NCBI GenBank assembly: GCA_021108335.1
Contig: JAIORC010000188.1
Location: 10,240-74,239 of the forward strand
DNA from: Phycisphaerae bacterium
GTDB lineage: Bacteria; Planctomycetota; Phycisphaerae; SM23-33
Reading direction: 5' to 3'
Length of the DNA stretch: 64,000 nt
Shown: piece by piece, positions 9,700-17,662 of the stretch
Layout: each line of letters starts with the position of its first letter
Position numbering within the stretch: position 1 is the first letter of the stretch
Made by a program: the position numbers and the translations under genes
Notes under the pieces: model-generated
The model's database searches: none
What the model was told of the DNA's origin: nothing
The model's input: the letters and a program-made list of their open reading frames with translations, nothing else

Positions 9700-11133
9700 T
9701 TAGCTCTCCGTCCCCACGGTATGCACCGTTACGCTATTGGTTTTGCCGGGCGTGCCGAGGGGCCGGCCTGATACTACCAGTATTCGGTCGCCGTCCGAGG
9801 TAATCTGCAATTCGCGGGCAATCGTTTCGGCGATTTTCAGCACGTCCCGCGTGTGAGCCGGAAGCTTTGCCTTCCGAGATTCGACGCCGTAATACAGGCA
9901 CATTCGTCGCACTGCAGCCATGTCCGGCGACAGCCCCAGTATGGTACACGGCGGGCGGTTTTTTGAAACCATGCGAGCCGACGCGCCGGTAGCGGTAAAC
10001 ACAGCCACTGCGGAGATGGTTTCCACTGCGATAATTTCGCGGATTGCCCCGGCGATGGCGGCGGTGGTGGGGGAATCTTGCCACGTTACGCGGGCGAGGG
10101 GATTAACCTGGTCGTGATAGGCCTGGATCGTCGCGACGGTCTGGTTCATGACCTGCACGGCGTTCACGGGGTATTTGCCCACAGCCGTTTCGCCGGAGAG
10201 CATCACGACGTCGCAGTGGTCCATCACGGCGTTTGCCACGTCGGAAACTTCCGCGCGGGTCGGTGTTGGCGAATCGATCATGCTTTCGAGCATTTGCGTG
10301 GCTATGATGCAGGGTTTGCCGGCCTCCTGGCAGGTTGCGGCGATATGCTTCTGGGCGACCGGCACGGAGGGGAAGTCCATCTCCACGCCCAGATCGCCGC
10401 GGGCAACCATTATGATGTCGGCAGTTTCGATAATCGCGTCGAGTTGCTCCAGGGCCTGGGGTTTTTCGATCTTGGCGATGATATGCGCGTCGCAGTCGTA
10501 TTCCTGCAGCAACTGGCGTAGCGCTATGACATCGTCAGGCCGTTGTACGAACGACAGGGCGACGTAATCGAAATCGTGGGCGGCGATCCAGGTGACGTCG
10601 CGGCGGTCTTTTTCCGTCAGGGCAGAGAGTTTTAATTGCGTATGCGGCAGGTTCACCCCTTTACCGCTGCCGAGAATGCCCCCGACGGTAACGCGACAGA
10701 CAACCTCGTCCGGCGGAACGGTTTTTATCACCTTCAATTGCAACTTGCCGTCGTTCAGCAGAATCATGTCGTCGGGGCTGACGTCGTCCACCAGTTCGCT
10801 CAGGGTGGTGCTGATGCGGGTAGCCGTGCCGACAACAGGCTCTCGCTGGATAACGATTTCCTGCCCCTCAGCCAGTAGCGCCCCGCCGCCATCCATCATT
10901 CCCACGCGAATTTTAGGCCCGCACAGGTCGGCAACCACGGCTATGGGCTTGCCAAGGTCTGCTTCGACGTCGCGGATATTGCCCAGGAATTCGGCATGCT
11001 GTTCGGGGCTGCCGTGAGAAAAGTTGATTCGGAAACCATCGCAGCCGGCTTCGATCAACTTGCGAATAACCTTAGGCGACGAACTCGCCGGGCCTACCGT
11101 CGCCAGAATTTTAGTTCGTATCATGTCGGGCAT
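9700..11133 (-). CDS. pyk: Pyruvate kinase
   Basis: MIRTKILATVGPASSSP..., FRINFSHGSPEQHAE, and MVARGDLGVE are classic PK motifs. The ORF extends to 11178 but the MPDMIRT start is more plausible. Confidence 0.9.
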   Translation of the reverse strand: MPDMIRTKILATVGPASSSPKVIRKLIEAGCDGFRINFSHGSPEQHAEFLGNIRDVEADLGKPIAVVADLCGPKIRVGMMDGGGALLAEGQEIVIQREPVVGTATRISTTLSELVDDVSPDDMILLNDGKLQLKVIKTVPPDEVVCRVTVGGILGSGKGVNLPHTQLKLSALTEKDRRDVTWIAAHDFDYVALSFVQRPDDVIALRQLLQEYDCDAHIIAKIEKPQALEQLDAIIETADIIMVARGDLGVEMDFPSVPVAQKHIAATCQEAGKPCIIATQMLESMIDSPTPTRAEVSDVANAVMDHCDVVMLSGETAVGKYPVNAVQVMNQTVATIQAYHDQVNPLARVTWQDSPTTAAIAGAIREIIAVETISAVAVFTATGASARMVSKNRPPCTILGLSPDMAAVRRMCLYYGVESRKAKLPAHTRDVLKIAETIARELQITSDGDRILVVSGRPLGTPGKTNSVTVHTVGTES

Positions 11134-11223
11134 TGTACCGGCCCTGTCGGCGCATGAAAAGAGCGCCATGAAAAACATGACGCCCGCACACGAATATTTT
11201 ACACAAATTTACTACAGGGGAAA

Positions 11224-11424
11224 TCAGACTTTCCGAACGGAAATAGCTTTCGCTCCACGAGGGCCATCCGTTATCTCGAATTCGACGGTATCCCCCACAT
11301 ACAACGCCTTGAACCCATCACCGTCCACGTCGCTGTAATGCACAAAGGCTTCGGTTCCATCTTCAGTGGTGATGAAACCCCACCCTTTTGAATTATTGAA
11401 CCACTTAACTTTTCCCGTAGTCAT
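11224..11424 (-). CDS. cspA: Cold-shock protein (CspA family)
   Basis: 66 aa; GKVKWFNNSKGWGFI (RNP1) and FVHYSDV (RNP2). Confidence 0.92.
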   Translation of the reverse strand: MTTGKVKWFNNSKGWGFITTEDGTEAFVHYSDVDGDGFKALYVGDTVEFEITDGPRGAKAISVRKV

Positions 11425-11697
11425 TCCCTGGCCTCCCTGTTAACTGGTGTATTCCTGAATAAAGGAACTACGATATCAGGTACGTCTTTTGGAATACACA
11501 GCCACGGGCCAAATGCAACAACGGCTCTGGTTCGTTTCCCTCTATTTTCAGCTTACGTCCGATAATTGTCAATAGAAATTCTGCCAACACCGTAACTATT
11601 GCGGGTTTGCGGAGTTGCATTACATACGAATTTCGCAATCCGTCCTGCTCACATTCCAAAGAGTTTTTATAGGCTGAGTCATGATCCGGCGTTTTTG

Positions 11698-12783
11698 TTA
11701 CTCAATCCAGCCGCCGCCCATGAGAATTTCCCCGTCGTAGACCACCGCCGCCTGGCCGGGCGTTATGGCGTGTATCGGCTCGGCGAAATCCACGGTAAAC
11801 GTGTCCGGGCCTGTTATTTTCACCCTCGCCAGTGCCCCGCGGTGGTTATAGCGAATCTGTACCGTCGCGTCGAATTCCGTTACGTCAGGCTGAGACTGCC
11901 AGACTGCCCCGGCTGCGTTCAGCGAGCGGCTGGACGCCTCTGCCCGCGTGCCGATGGTAACGTCGCCGCTGATCGGATCGATACGCGTAACATACATCGG
12001 CACGCCCGTAGCCACGGCAAGCCCCCGCCGCTGGCCTATCGTGAACTGCCCATAGCCGTCGTGCCGGCCAAGCTCATCGCCGGCGGTGTTGAGAATCCGC
12101 CCCGGCTTAAGTGCCTCCGGTGCTCGCTCGGCAAGCAGCCGAACGTAATCGTCATCTTCGACGAAGCATATCTCCTGGCTGTCCGGTTTGTCGTGGACGT
12201 CCAGCCCACTCTGCCGGGCGATTTCCCGCACGAGGGCTTTGTCGGCGATTTCGCCCACCGGTAGGAGGATGCGGCTGAGCTTTTCCGGTGGAATGCTGAA
12301 AAGTGCGTAGGACTGATCCTTCCGCACGTCGCAGCCGCGAGCGATAACGGGCTGGTCCGCCCGCTCGGATATCCGGGCATAATGGCCGGTGGCTACGTAA
12401 TCCATGCCCAGCGAGTCGGCCAGTTTCATCAGCCTGCCGAATTTCAGTTTCGCGTTGCAGTAGATGCACGGGTTTGGGGTTCGCCCGGCGACGTATTCCC
12501 GCAGGAAATATTCGATAATCGGGGCGAAATGCTCCTTGAGGTTCAGCACGTGCAGATCGATGCCGAGACTCTGGGCTACGCGTCGGGCGTCGGCGGCGTC
12601 CTGCGGGCTGCAACAGCCGCGGTCGCTGCCGGCATCGCCTGCCGAGCCGAGACACATGAACACACCCGTGAGGTCGTAACCCTTCCCCAGCAGCAACGCC
12701 GCAGCTACCGACGAATCCACCCCGCCGCTCATAGCCAGCAAAACCTTCCCGGCGCCTTTCGCATTTTTCGCATCCAAAGCCAT
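11698..12783 (-). CDS. mnmA: tRNA 2-thiouridine(34) synthase MnmA
   Basis: PP-loop AMSGGVDSS, conserved Cys (FMCLG, NPCIYCN) and an MnmA C-terminal domain. Confidence 0.9.
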   Translation of the reverse strand: MALDAKNAKGAGKVLLAMSGGVDSSVAAALLLGKGYDLTGVFMCLGSAGDAGSDRGCCSPQDAADARRVAQSLGIDLHVLNLKEHFAPIIEYFLREYVAGRTPNPCIYCNAKLKFGRLMKLADSLGMDYVATGHYARISERADQPVIARGCDVRKDQSYALFSIPPEKLSRILLPVGEIADKALVREIARQSGLDVHDKPDSQEICFVEDDDYVRLLAERAPEALKPGRILNTAGDELGRHDGYGQFTIGQRRGLAVATGVPMYVTRIDPISGDVTIGTRAEASSRSLNAAGAVWQSQPDVTEFDATVQIRYNHRGALARVKITGPDTFTVDFAEPIHAITPGQAAVVYDGEILMGGGWIE

Positions 12784-12830
12784 GACGATATCTTACCGCA
12801 TGTTTCGTATGGCAGCCATATCCTCTTTTG

Positions 12831-13206
12831 GGTGGCACAGGTTTGCAACCTGTGCCGTGGTGGCCTGGGAAGGCCACCACGCGAAAGGGTTTATGCAATT
12901 TCCCACGATGTAGGGTGGCATGGTCAGCGGCGATAGCCGATGGCCATGAAAGATAGATACACGATGGCGGATGGTATGTTGGGTGGTTTTGAGAAAAGGA
13001 TGGCGTAGAAATTGTGAATCGATCTTTCATGGCTACCCCGCAAAAAACGCGGGGTTTCCATGCCACCCGATATCGTGGGAAATTGCCCGGTGCCATGCTT
13101 CTGCTTGCAGAAGCATGCGGTCCCAGAAAAAATCCTGGGTGGCATGGCGACACCGCAGGGGTCGCCATGAAGAATCGTGCGGAAACCGCGTGGGTGCAAG
13201 CACCCA
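12831..13206. repeat. Cluster of at least six REP-like palindromic elements (BIME-like array) in the mnmA/yqaA-like intergenic region
   Basis: Hairpins ggcacaggtttgcaacctgtgcc, cgtggtggcctgggaaggccaccacg, ccccgcaaaaaacgcgggg, gcatgcttctgcttgcagaagcatgc, gggtggcatggcgacaccgcaggggtcgccatga and gggtgcaagcaccc. The ORFs called here are translation artefacts of the repeats. Confidence 0.65.
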
Positions 13207-13267
13207 CCCTACAATTACGCGTGCGTTTAATATTGACCTCCATTGGCCAATGCGCTATCGTACCGGC

Positions 13268-14002
13268 ATGGAAAAAGTCAATTGTCCGAAATGTAATCTG
13301 AAAATATCCGTCGAAGCCGCGTTTTGTGAGCATTGCGGGGCGAAAATCGCCAAGCACAAAACCGCTCCGTGGTGGCATGTCCATCGGCACGTCTACGACT
13401 GGACGCTGGCCTGGGCGTACAAGCCCTCCGCCGCCATCGCCCTGTTCGTGCTGAGTTTCGCAGAGAGCAGCTTTTTCCCCGTGCCGCCGGACGTACTGCT
13501 TATGCCCCTGGTTCTCGGCAATCGCAAGAAATGGCTGCGATACGCCACCATTTGCAGCGTCGCCAGCGTGCTTGGTGCGCTGTTCGGTTTTCTCATCGGC
13601 TGGCAGCTCTGGACGCAATTAGGTGTGGACAAATTATTCTTCGATTACGTGCCCGGCTTTTCGCAGGAGACGTTTGATAAAGTCAGTGCGCTGTACAATG
13701 AGTACAATTTCTGGATTGTCTTCACCGCCGGCTTTACGCCGATACCATTCAAGGTGATTACCATCACCGCGGGTGTTTTTGGTACGGGGGCGTCGGTGGA
13801 TAATCCGGGGCTGTTCTTCGCTGTGTTTGTAATCGCCGCGACAGTCAGCCGCTCGGCGAGGTTCTTCCTGGTCAGCGGGCTGATGTGGAAATACGGGCCG
13901 AAGATCACGCCCTTTATCGACAAGTATTTCAATTGGCTGGCGTTGCTGTTTACCGTGCTGCTGATCGGCGGCTTCGTGATAATTAAAATCGTGATGCACT
14001 GA
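13268..14002 (+). CDS. Zinc-ribbon fused to YqaA/DedA(VTT)-like membrane protein
   Basis: N-terminal CPKCN...CEHCG zinc ribbon followed by a multi-TM domain resembling the YqaA family. An alternative start lies at 13250. Confidence 0.55.
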   Translation: MEKVNCPKCNLKISVEAAFCEHCGAKIAKHKTAPWWHVHRHVYDWTLAWAYKPSAAIALFVLSFAESSFFPVPPDVLLMPLVLGNRKKWLRYATICSVASVLGALFGFLIGWQLWTQLGVDKLFFDYVPGFSQETFDKVSALYNEYNFWIVFTAGFTPIPFKVITITAGVFGTGASVDNPGLFFAVFVIAATVSRSARFFLVSGLMWKYGPKITPFIDKYFNWLALLFTVLLIGGFVIIKIVMH

Positions 14003-14045
14003 TGACTTGCATGGCCGGCCCGCTGCCGCCATACGGAGAACGACC

Positions 14046-14594
14046 ATGACTATTTCCTCCGAAGATCGAACGAAACTCGTAACGCTCGCCCGGCAAACAA
14101 TCGCCGCAGCCGTTACCAATCAGCCATCGCCAGCGGTCGAAAACGCCGCCGGCCTTCTCACCGAGCAACGTGGCTGCTTCGTAACCATCACCAACGCCGG
14201 CAAGCTGCGCGGCTGCATCGGCACGTTTCAGCCGGACAGGCCGCTCGGCGAAATGATTATCGAAATGGCGCAGGCTGCCACGCACGACCCTCGCTTTACC
14301 GGCAATCCGATAACCGCTGGTGAGTTGGATCAACTTACCATCGAGGTGTCCGTCTTGTCGCCACTGAAAAAGACCGACCACCCCGAGCAGCTTGAAATCG
14401 GCAGGCACGGGATTTACATCGTCGCGGGATATCGCAGCGGATGTTTTCTGCCGGAGGTCGCCACCGATTACAACATGACGGCTGAGGAATTCCTCGACAC
14501 CTGCTGCCAGCACAAAGCCAACCTCCCCGCCGGAGCATGGAAAAACCCCGACACCGAAGTCTACCTCTTCACGTCGGAAAAATTTGAAGAGTAA
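14046..14594 (+). CDS. AMMECR1 domain protein (AmmeMemoRadiSam system protein A-like)
   Basis: GCFVTITNAGKLRGCIGTF and GYRSGCFLPEV motifs of AMMECR1. Confidence 0.85.
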   Translation: MTISSEDRTKLVTLARQTIAAAVTNQPSPAVENAAGLLTEQRGCFVTITNAGKLRGCIGTFQPDRPLGEMIIEMAQAATHDPRFTGNPITAGELDQLTIEVSVLSPLKKTDHPEQLEIGRHGIYIVAGYRSGCFLPEVATDYNMTAEEFLDTCCQHKANLPAGAWKNPDTEVYLFTSEKFEE

Positions 14595-14595
14595 C

Positions 14596-14630
14596 CGGGC
14601 CAAGCCCCGCTCGACGAACTTTTTTGGACA
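14596..14630 (+). terminator. Possible weak intrinsic terminator
   Basis: ccgggccaagccccg followed by cgaactttttt; the stem is imperfect. Confidence 0.25.
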
Positions 14631-14750
14631 AAAATCGAGGGAAAACTAACCTTTGGGGACTGCGGGAGTCTTAAGAGTCTGTAGGCAGGGCGATTTGACT
14701 ATGTGTAATGAATCGTGATTGAGAGAAAATTCTTTGAAAGGAGTGTCAAA

Positions 14751-16151
14751 ATGCAAATGCGTCGTATTCCGATTTATCTCGTTGGGTGTATGGTAATTCT
14801 GGCTGTTGGTTGGGCGGGAGCGGCTCCGCCGAAAGTTGCCATAGCCGGCAAGGCGAAGCCCGTCAAAGGCGAATCGGAGCAGGAGCGACGGGCCTGTCAG
14901 AGACGGTTGCAGGCGGAACTCAAGAATATCCCGAGTTCGCCGGGCCGGGCCAATGACATTTTGACGCTGCTGGCGAAACAGGCGCAAATGAAGCTGAAGG
15001 TGGATTGGGCTTCCCTGGCGGCCCAGAACATCAAGAAAGACAAGACGGTCAAGGTCAACCTCGCCGGCTGCACGATCGGGCAAGGGCTGGATATTCTGGT
15101 AGCCGCCTGGAGCGAGGATGGGGCGAATATGGGCTATTACATTGACCGCGGCGTGATTCACGTTACGACCGCCACGGCGATGAGGCGGATATCCCTGGTG
15201 CGGACATACGACGTTTCCGGCCTGATCCGCCTGGGCACGGATAAGCCGGTACAGACGGGTATCGCATCTCCCACGGAGCTTGGCGAACCTATATACCGCT
15301 ACGATTACCGCGACAATAGCGGCGGCAGCATTTTTGGCGATGAGGACGATTCGAAGTCCCGGAGGATGGACAAGATGATGCCGTTTACGGCAGAGGGCAT
15401 CGTGCGCATTCTCCTGGAAACGGTAGAGCCCAACACTTGGGGCACGCGTGGGTCGATTTGTCCGATGGGGCCGATTCTTCTGATCGATCAAAGCATTGAC
15501 GCCCACGGAAAGATCGAAGCGTTGCTGGCGATGCTCCGCAGGCAGTTCAGGGTTTCGGGACTCATGCGGACGCTGACGGTGCAGGCCCAATGGATCTGGC
15601 TGGACGCGAAGGTCTATACGAAACTGACTTCCGGCAAGGCTGTGGTTGCGTCGGTAGTATCCGACGACATTCTCAAAGCCTCCAAGGTAGCGTATCAGGG
15701 CGTAGCAAAGTGCTTTAACGGCCAGGTGGGAAATATGACGTCCGGTAACGCTCAAAATGTTGTGCTTGGTTATGACCCGGTAGTTACGGATCATATAATA
15801 GCATACCGGCCGATCGTCGAGATGGTGCAATGGGGCGCGGTTTTGGATTTCAAGGTGATGCTCGTCCGCAACGGCAAGCAGGCCAACGTAGAACTGCGGA
15901 GCGTCCTCAGCGAACCCCGCCATCCTGCGCGGGAGAAAAAATCGCAGATTATTCTTACAAAGATGGCGACAAAAGCCACTCCTGGAAGTTTGCGCATTAC
16001 CAACCTGGATTTCGATATCCAGACCTGCCGGGCGGCGATGGCTATTCCGCTGGACAAGTTTGTGCTGGCTGGGGGTATGAGCGGTACAAAGGACAACCCG
16101 GCGGGCAAGATTATGTGTCTGGTGGTCAAGGTTTCGGCTTCGAGTAAATAA
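14751..16151 (+). CDS. Secretin-like outer-membrane protein (N0/STN-like, N1 and compact secretin-like C-domain), paralog 1
   Basis: Signal peptide; STN/N0-like block (ILTLLAKQAQMKLKVDWASL...GYYIDRGVIHVTT); N1-like block (RTYDVSGLI...IVRILLETVEPNTWG...IEALLAML); C-terminal IPLDKFVLAGGMSG...LVVKV resembling the secretin hallmark. RBS aaaggag. Confidence 0.45.
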   Translation: MQMRRIPIYLVGCMVILAVGWAGAAPPKVAIAGKAKPVKGESEQERRACQRRLQAELKNIPSSPGRANDILTLLAKQAQMKLKVDWASLAAQNIKKDKTVKVNLAGCTIGQGLDILVAAWSEDGANMGYYIDRGVIHVTTATAMRRISLVRTYDVSGLIRLGTDKPVQTGIASPTELGEPIYRYDYRDNSGGSIFGDEDDSKSRRMDKMMPFTAEGIVRILLETVEPNTWGTRGSICPMGPILLIDQSIDAHGKIEALLAMLRRQFRVSGLMRTLTVQAQWIWLDAKVYTKLTSGKAVVASVVSDDILKASKVAYQGVAKCFNGQVGNMTSGNAQNVVLGYDPVVTDHIIAYRPIVEMVQWGAVLDFKVMLVRNGKQANVELRSVLSEPRHPAREKKSQIILTKMATKATPGSLRITNLDFDIQTCRAAMAIPLDKFVLAGGMSGTKDNPAGKIMCLVVKVSASSK

Positions 16152-16184
16152 CTTTTTGAGTAATCCGAAAGAAAGGGTGTAGAT

Positions 16185-17627
16185 ATGAGCAGCGGTCATA
16201 AATGGATTTACGGTTTATTGGTGTGTGTTTTCGTCGCGGGTGTTGCCGGCTGTGTTCCAGAGGAGACTGGGGACGAAATCGAGGCAGCCCAAACGCAGAC
16301 GCCCCCGGTGGCCCCCCAGCCCCCAAAGTTGACCATCGACGAGCAAGTCGAAAAGAAACTACAGGATTTGGTTATCGAGAAAGTCAACCTGGTCGACGTC
16401 AGGGCTGAAGATACTATCGATTTTTTCAGGGAGCACACCGATCTTAACATTTTTGTCTACTGGGATTTGCTAAAGGCCGAGAACGAAGATATAGCGGATT
16501 ACAAGATTACCATCAAAACCGGGAAGATTTCAGCCGATGCGTTGTTGAGACTGATTTTGATGGCAATAGGGCACTATGATATGTCATTGGATTACCAGAT
16601 TGACCAGGGAGTAATTATAATTTCAACCTGCGATAAGCTGAACGAGAACATTTTTGCCCGCACGTATGACGTTTCGGACTTATTGTCCCCGCCGCGCAAC
16701 ATGCCGTATGTTTCCGAAGTGCTGCCGCCGGATCGCCTTCACGAAGATCCCTATAATCGTAATGTTCGCATAAAGCGTTCTACGGGAAGCGTTTTTGATG
16801 ATTATGAAGAAGTCTTGAGCAAGAAGGAAATGCGAAGGGAAGCTCTGAAAAAGTTGATTAAAGGCAGTGTCGAGTATGAGAGCTGGTGGCCCGACGGCTT
16901 GGCCAGGTTTTCGGAAGTCGACGACCTGCTTGTCATAACCCAGACATATCAAAACCATAGGCTCATTCGGGAATTGTTGGAAAAGCTGCGTGCCGCTAAT
17001 CGGAAAAAGCAGCTATATCGGCAGGTTGCCGTCAAGACATGGCTGATTCGGCTGAGTGAAAAACAACTGGCCGCCCTGAGCGAGGCCGGGGGGCGGAAGA
17101 GTATCCCGCAGGTGATTTCCCATTCCGAGTTGAAAAAAGCGGATATGGTGTACCAGGGGCGGATTGCATGTTTTAACCGCCAGTGGGTCAGCCTTTCTTC
17201 CGGCAGAGGCCAACTGGTAATTACCGGTGCCGAGCCGGTCGTAGCCGAGCACGCCGTCGGGATCAAGCCGATTGTAAGGATGGTTCACTTCGGGCCGATG
17301 CTGGAAACGCGGGTTACACTCCAGCCATCGGGCAAAAAGGTGACGGTACAGTTAAACTGTCTCTACAGCCAGCCGTTGGGAGAAATAACGAGAAAGGCTC
17401 TCAGACTGGGATACGACAATCCCAAGGCAAAGGGCGGCAAAGCCCCGCAGGCGGCCCCGCAGAGAGTTATGATCGACGTCCTGAAATTTTCTCACCAGAC
17501 ACTGAGCACGGACGTGGTTATTCCCCTCGACAAGCCGGTTCTTGTCGGAGGACTGGCGGGAAAAACCGGCGACAAGTCAGTCGGGCCGAGCCTTTACCTG
17601 GTAGTGGAAGTAAACGCCGCGAAATGA
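16185..17627 (+). CDS. Secretin-like outer-membrane lipoprotein, paralog 2 of 14751-16151
   Basis: Lipobox VAGC. Same three-block architecture as paralog 1 (RTYDVSDLL, IPLDKPVLVGGLAG...LYLVVEVNAAK); clearly homologous but only about 30% identical. Confidence 0.45.
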   Translation: MSSGHKWIYGLLVCVFVAGVAGCVPEETGDEIEAAQTQTPPVAPQPPKLTIDEQVEKKLQDLVIEKVNLVDVRAEDTIDFFREHTDLNIFVYWDLLKAENEDIADYKITIKTGKISADALLRLILMAIGHYDMSLDYQIDQGVIIISTCDKLNENIFARTYDVSDLLSPPRNMPYVSEVLPPDRLHEDPYNRNVRIKRSTGSVFDDYEEVLSKKEMRREALKKLIKGSVEYESWWPDGLARFSEVDDLLVITQTYQNHRLIRELLEKLRAANRKKQLYRQVAVKTWLIRLSEKQLAALSEAGGRKSIPQVISHSELKKADMVYQGRIACFNRQWVSLSSGRGQLVITGAEPVVAEHAVGIKPIVRMVHFGPMLETRVTLQPSGKKVTVQLNCLYSQPLGEITRKALRLGYDNPKAKGGKAPQAAPQRVMIDVLKFSHQTLSTDVVIPLDKPVLVGGLAGKTGDKSVGPSLYLVVEVNAAK

Positions 17628-17662
17628 ATTTTTAGAAATTCCCAATAGTCGGGAGAATCATC

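Noticed and set aside
12831-13206. Possible CRISPR array, because of multiple short palindromic repeats
   Set aside because: Repeat units are not identical direct repeats at regular spacing. They are palindromic hairpins of varying sequence and orientation with no spacer-like unique segments and no cas genes.
12924-13301. Small ORFs in the REP cluster and at other REP copies sharing peptides such as HGDPCGVAMPP and CFCKQKHGTG (12924-13199, 13014-13301, 41128-41544, 59878-60267, 4138-4419)
   Set aside because: The shared peptides are simply translations of the repeated palindromic DNA; no start or RBS context is present and the frames are not conserved.
12152-13618. Long antisense or alternative-frame ORFs (e.g. 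12152-13618 488 aa, 14646-16199 517 aa, 42335-44266 643 aa, 45449-46960 503 aa, 55126-56592 488 aa, 57953-59026 357 aa, 347-1027 226 aa)
   Set aside because: They lie opposite to or overlapping genes with strong family-level homology. They are Arg/Pro/Gly-rich with no domain signatures, which is typical of stop-codon-poor reverse frames in high-GC DNA.
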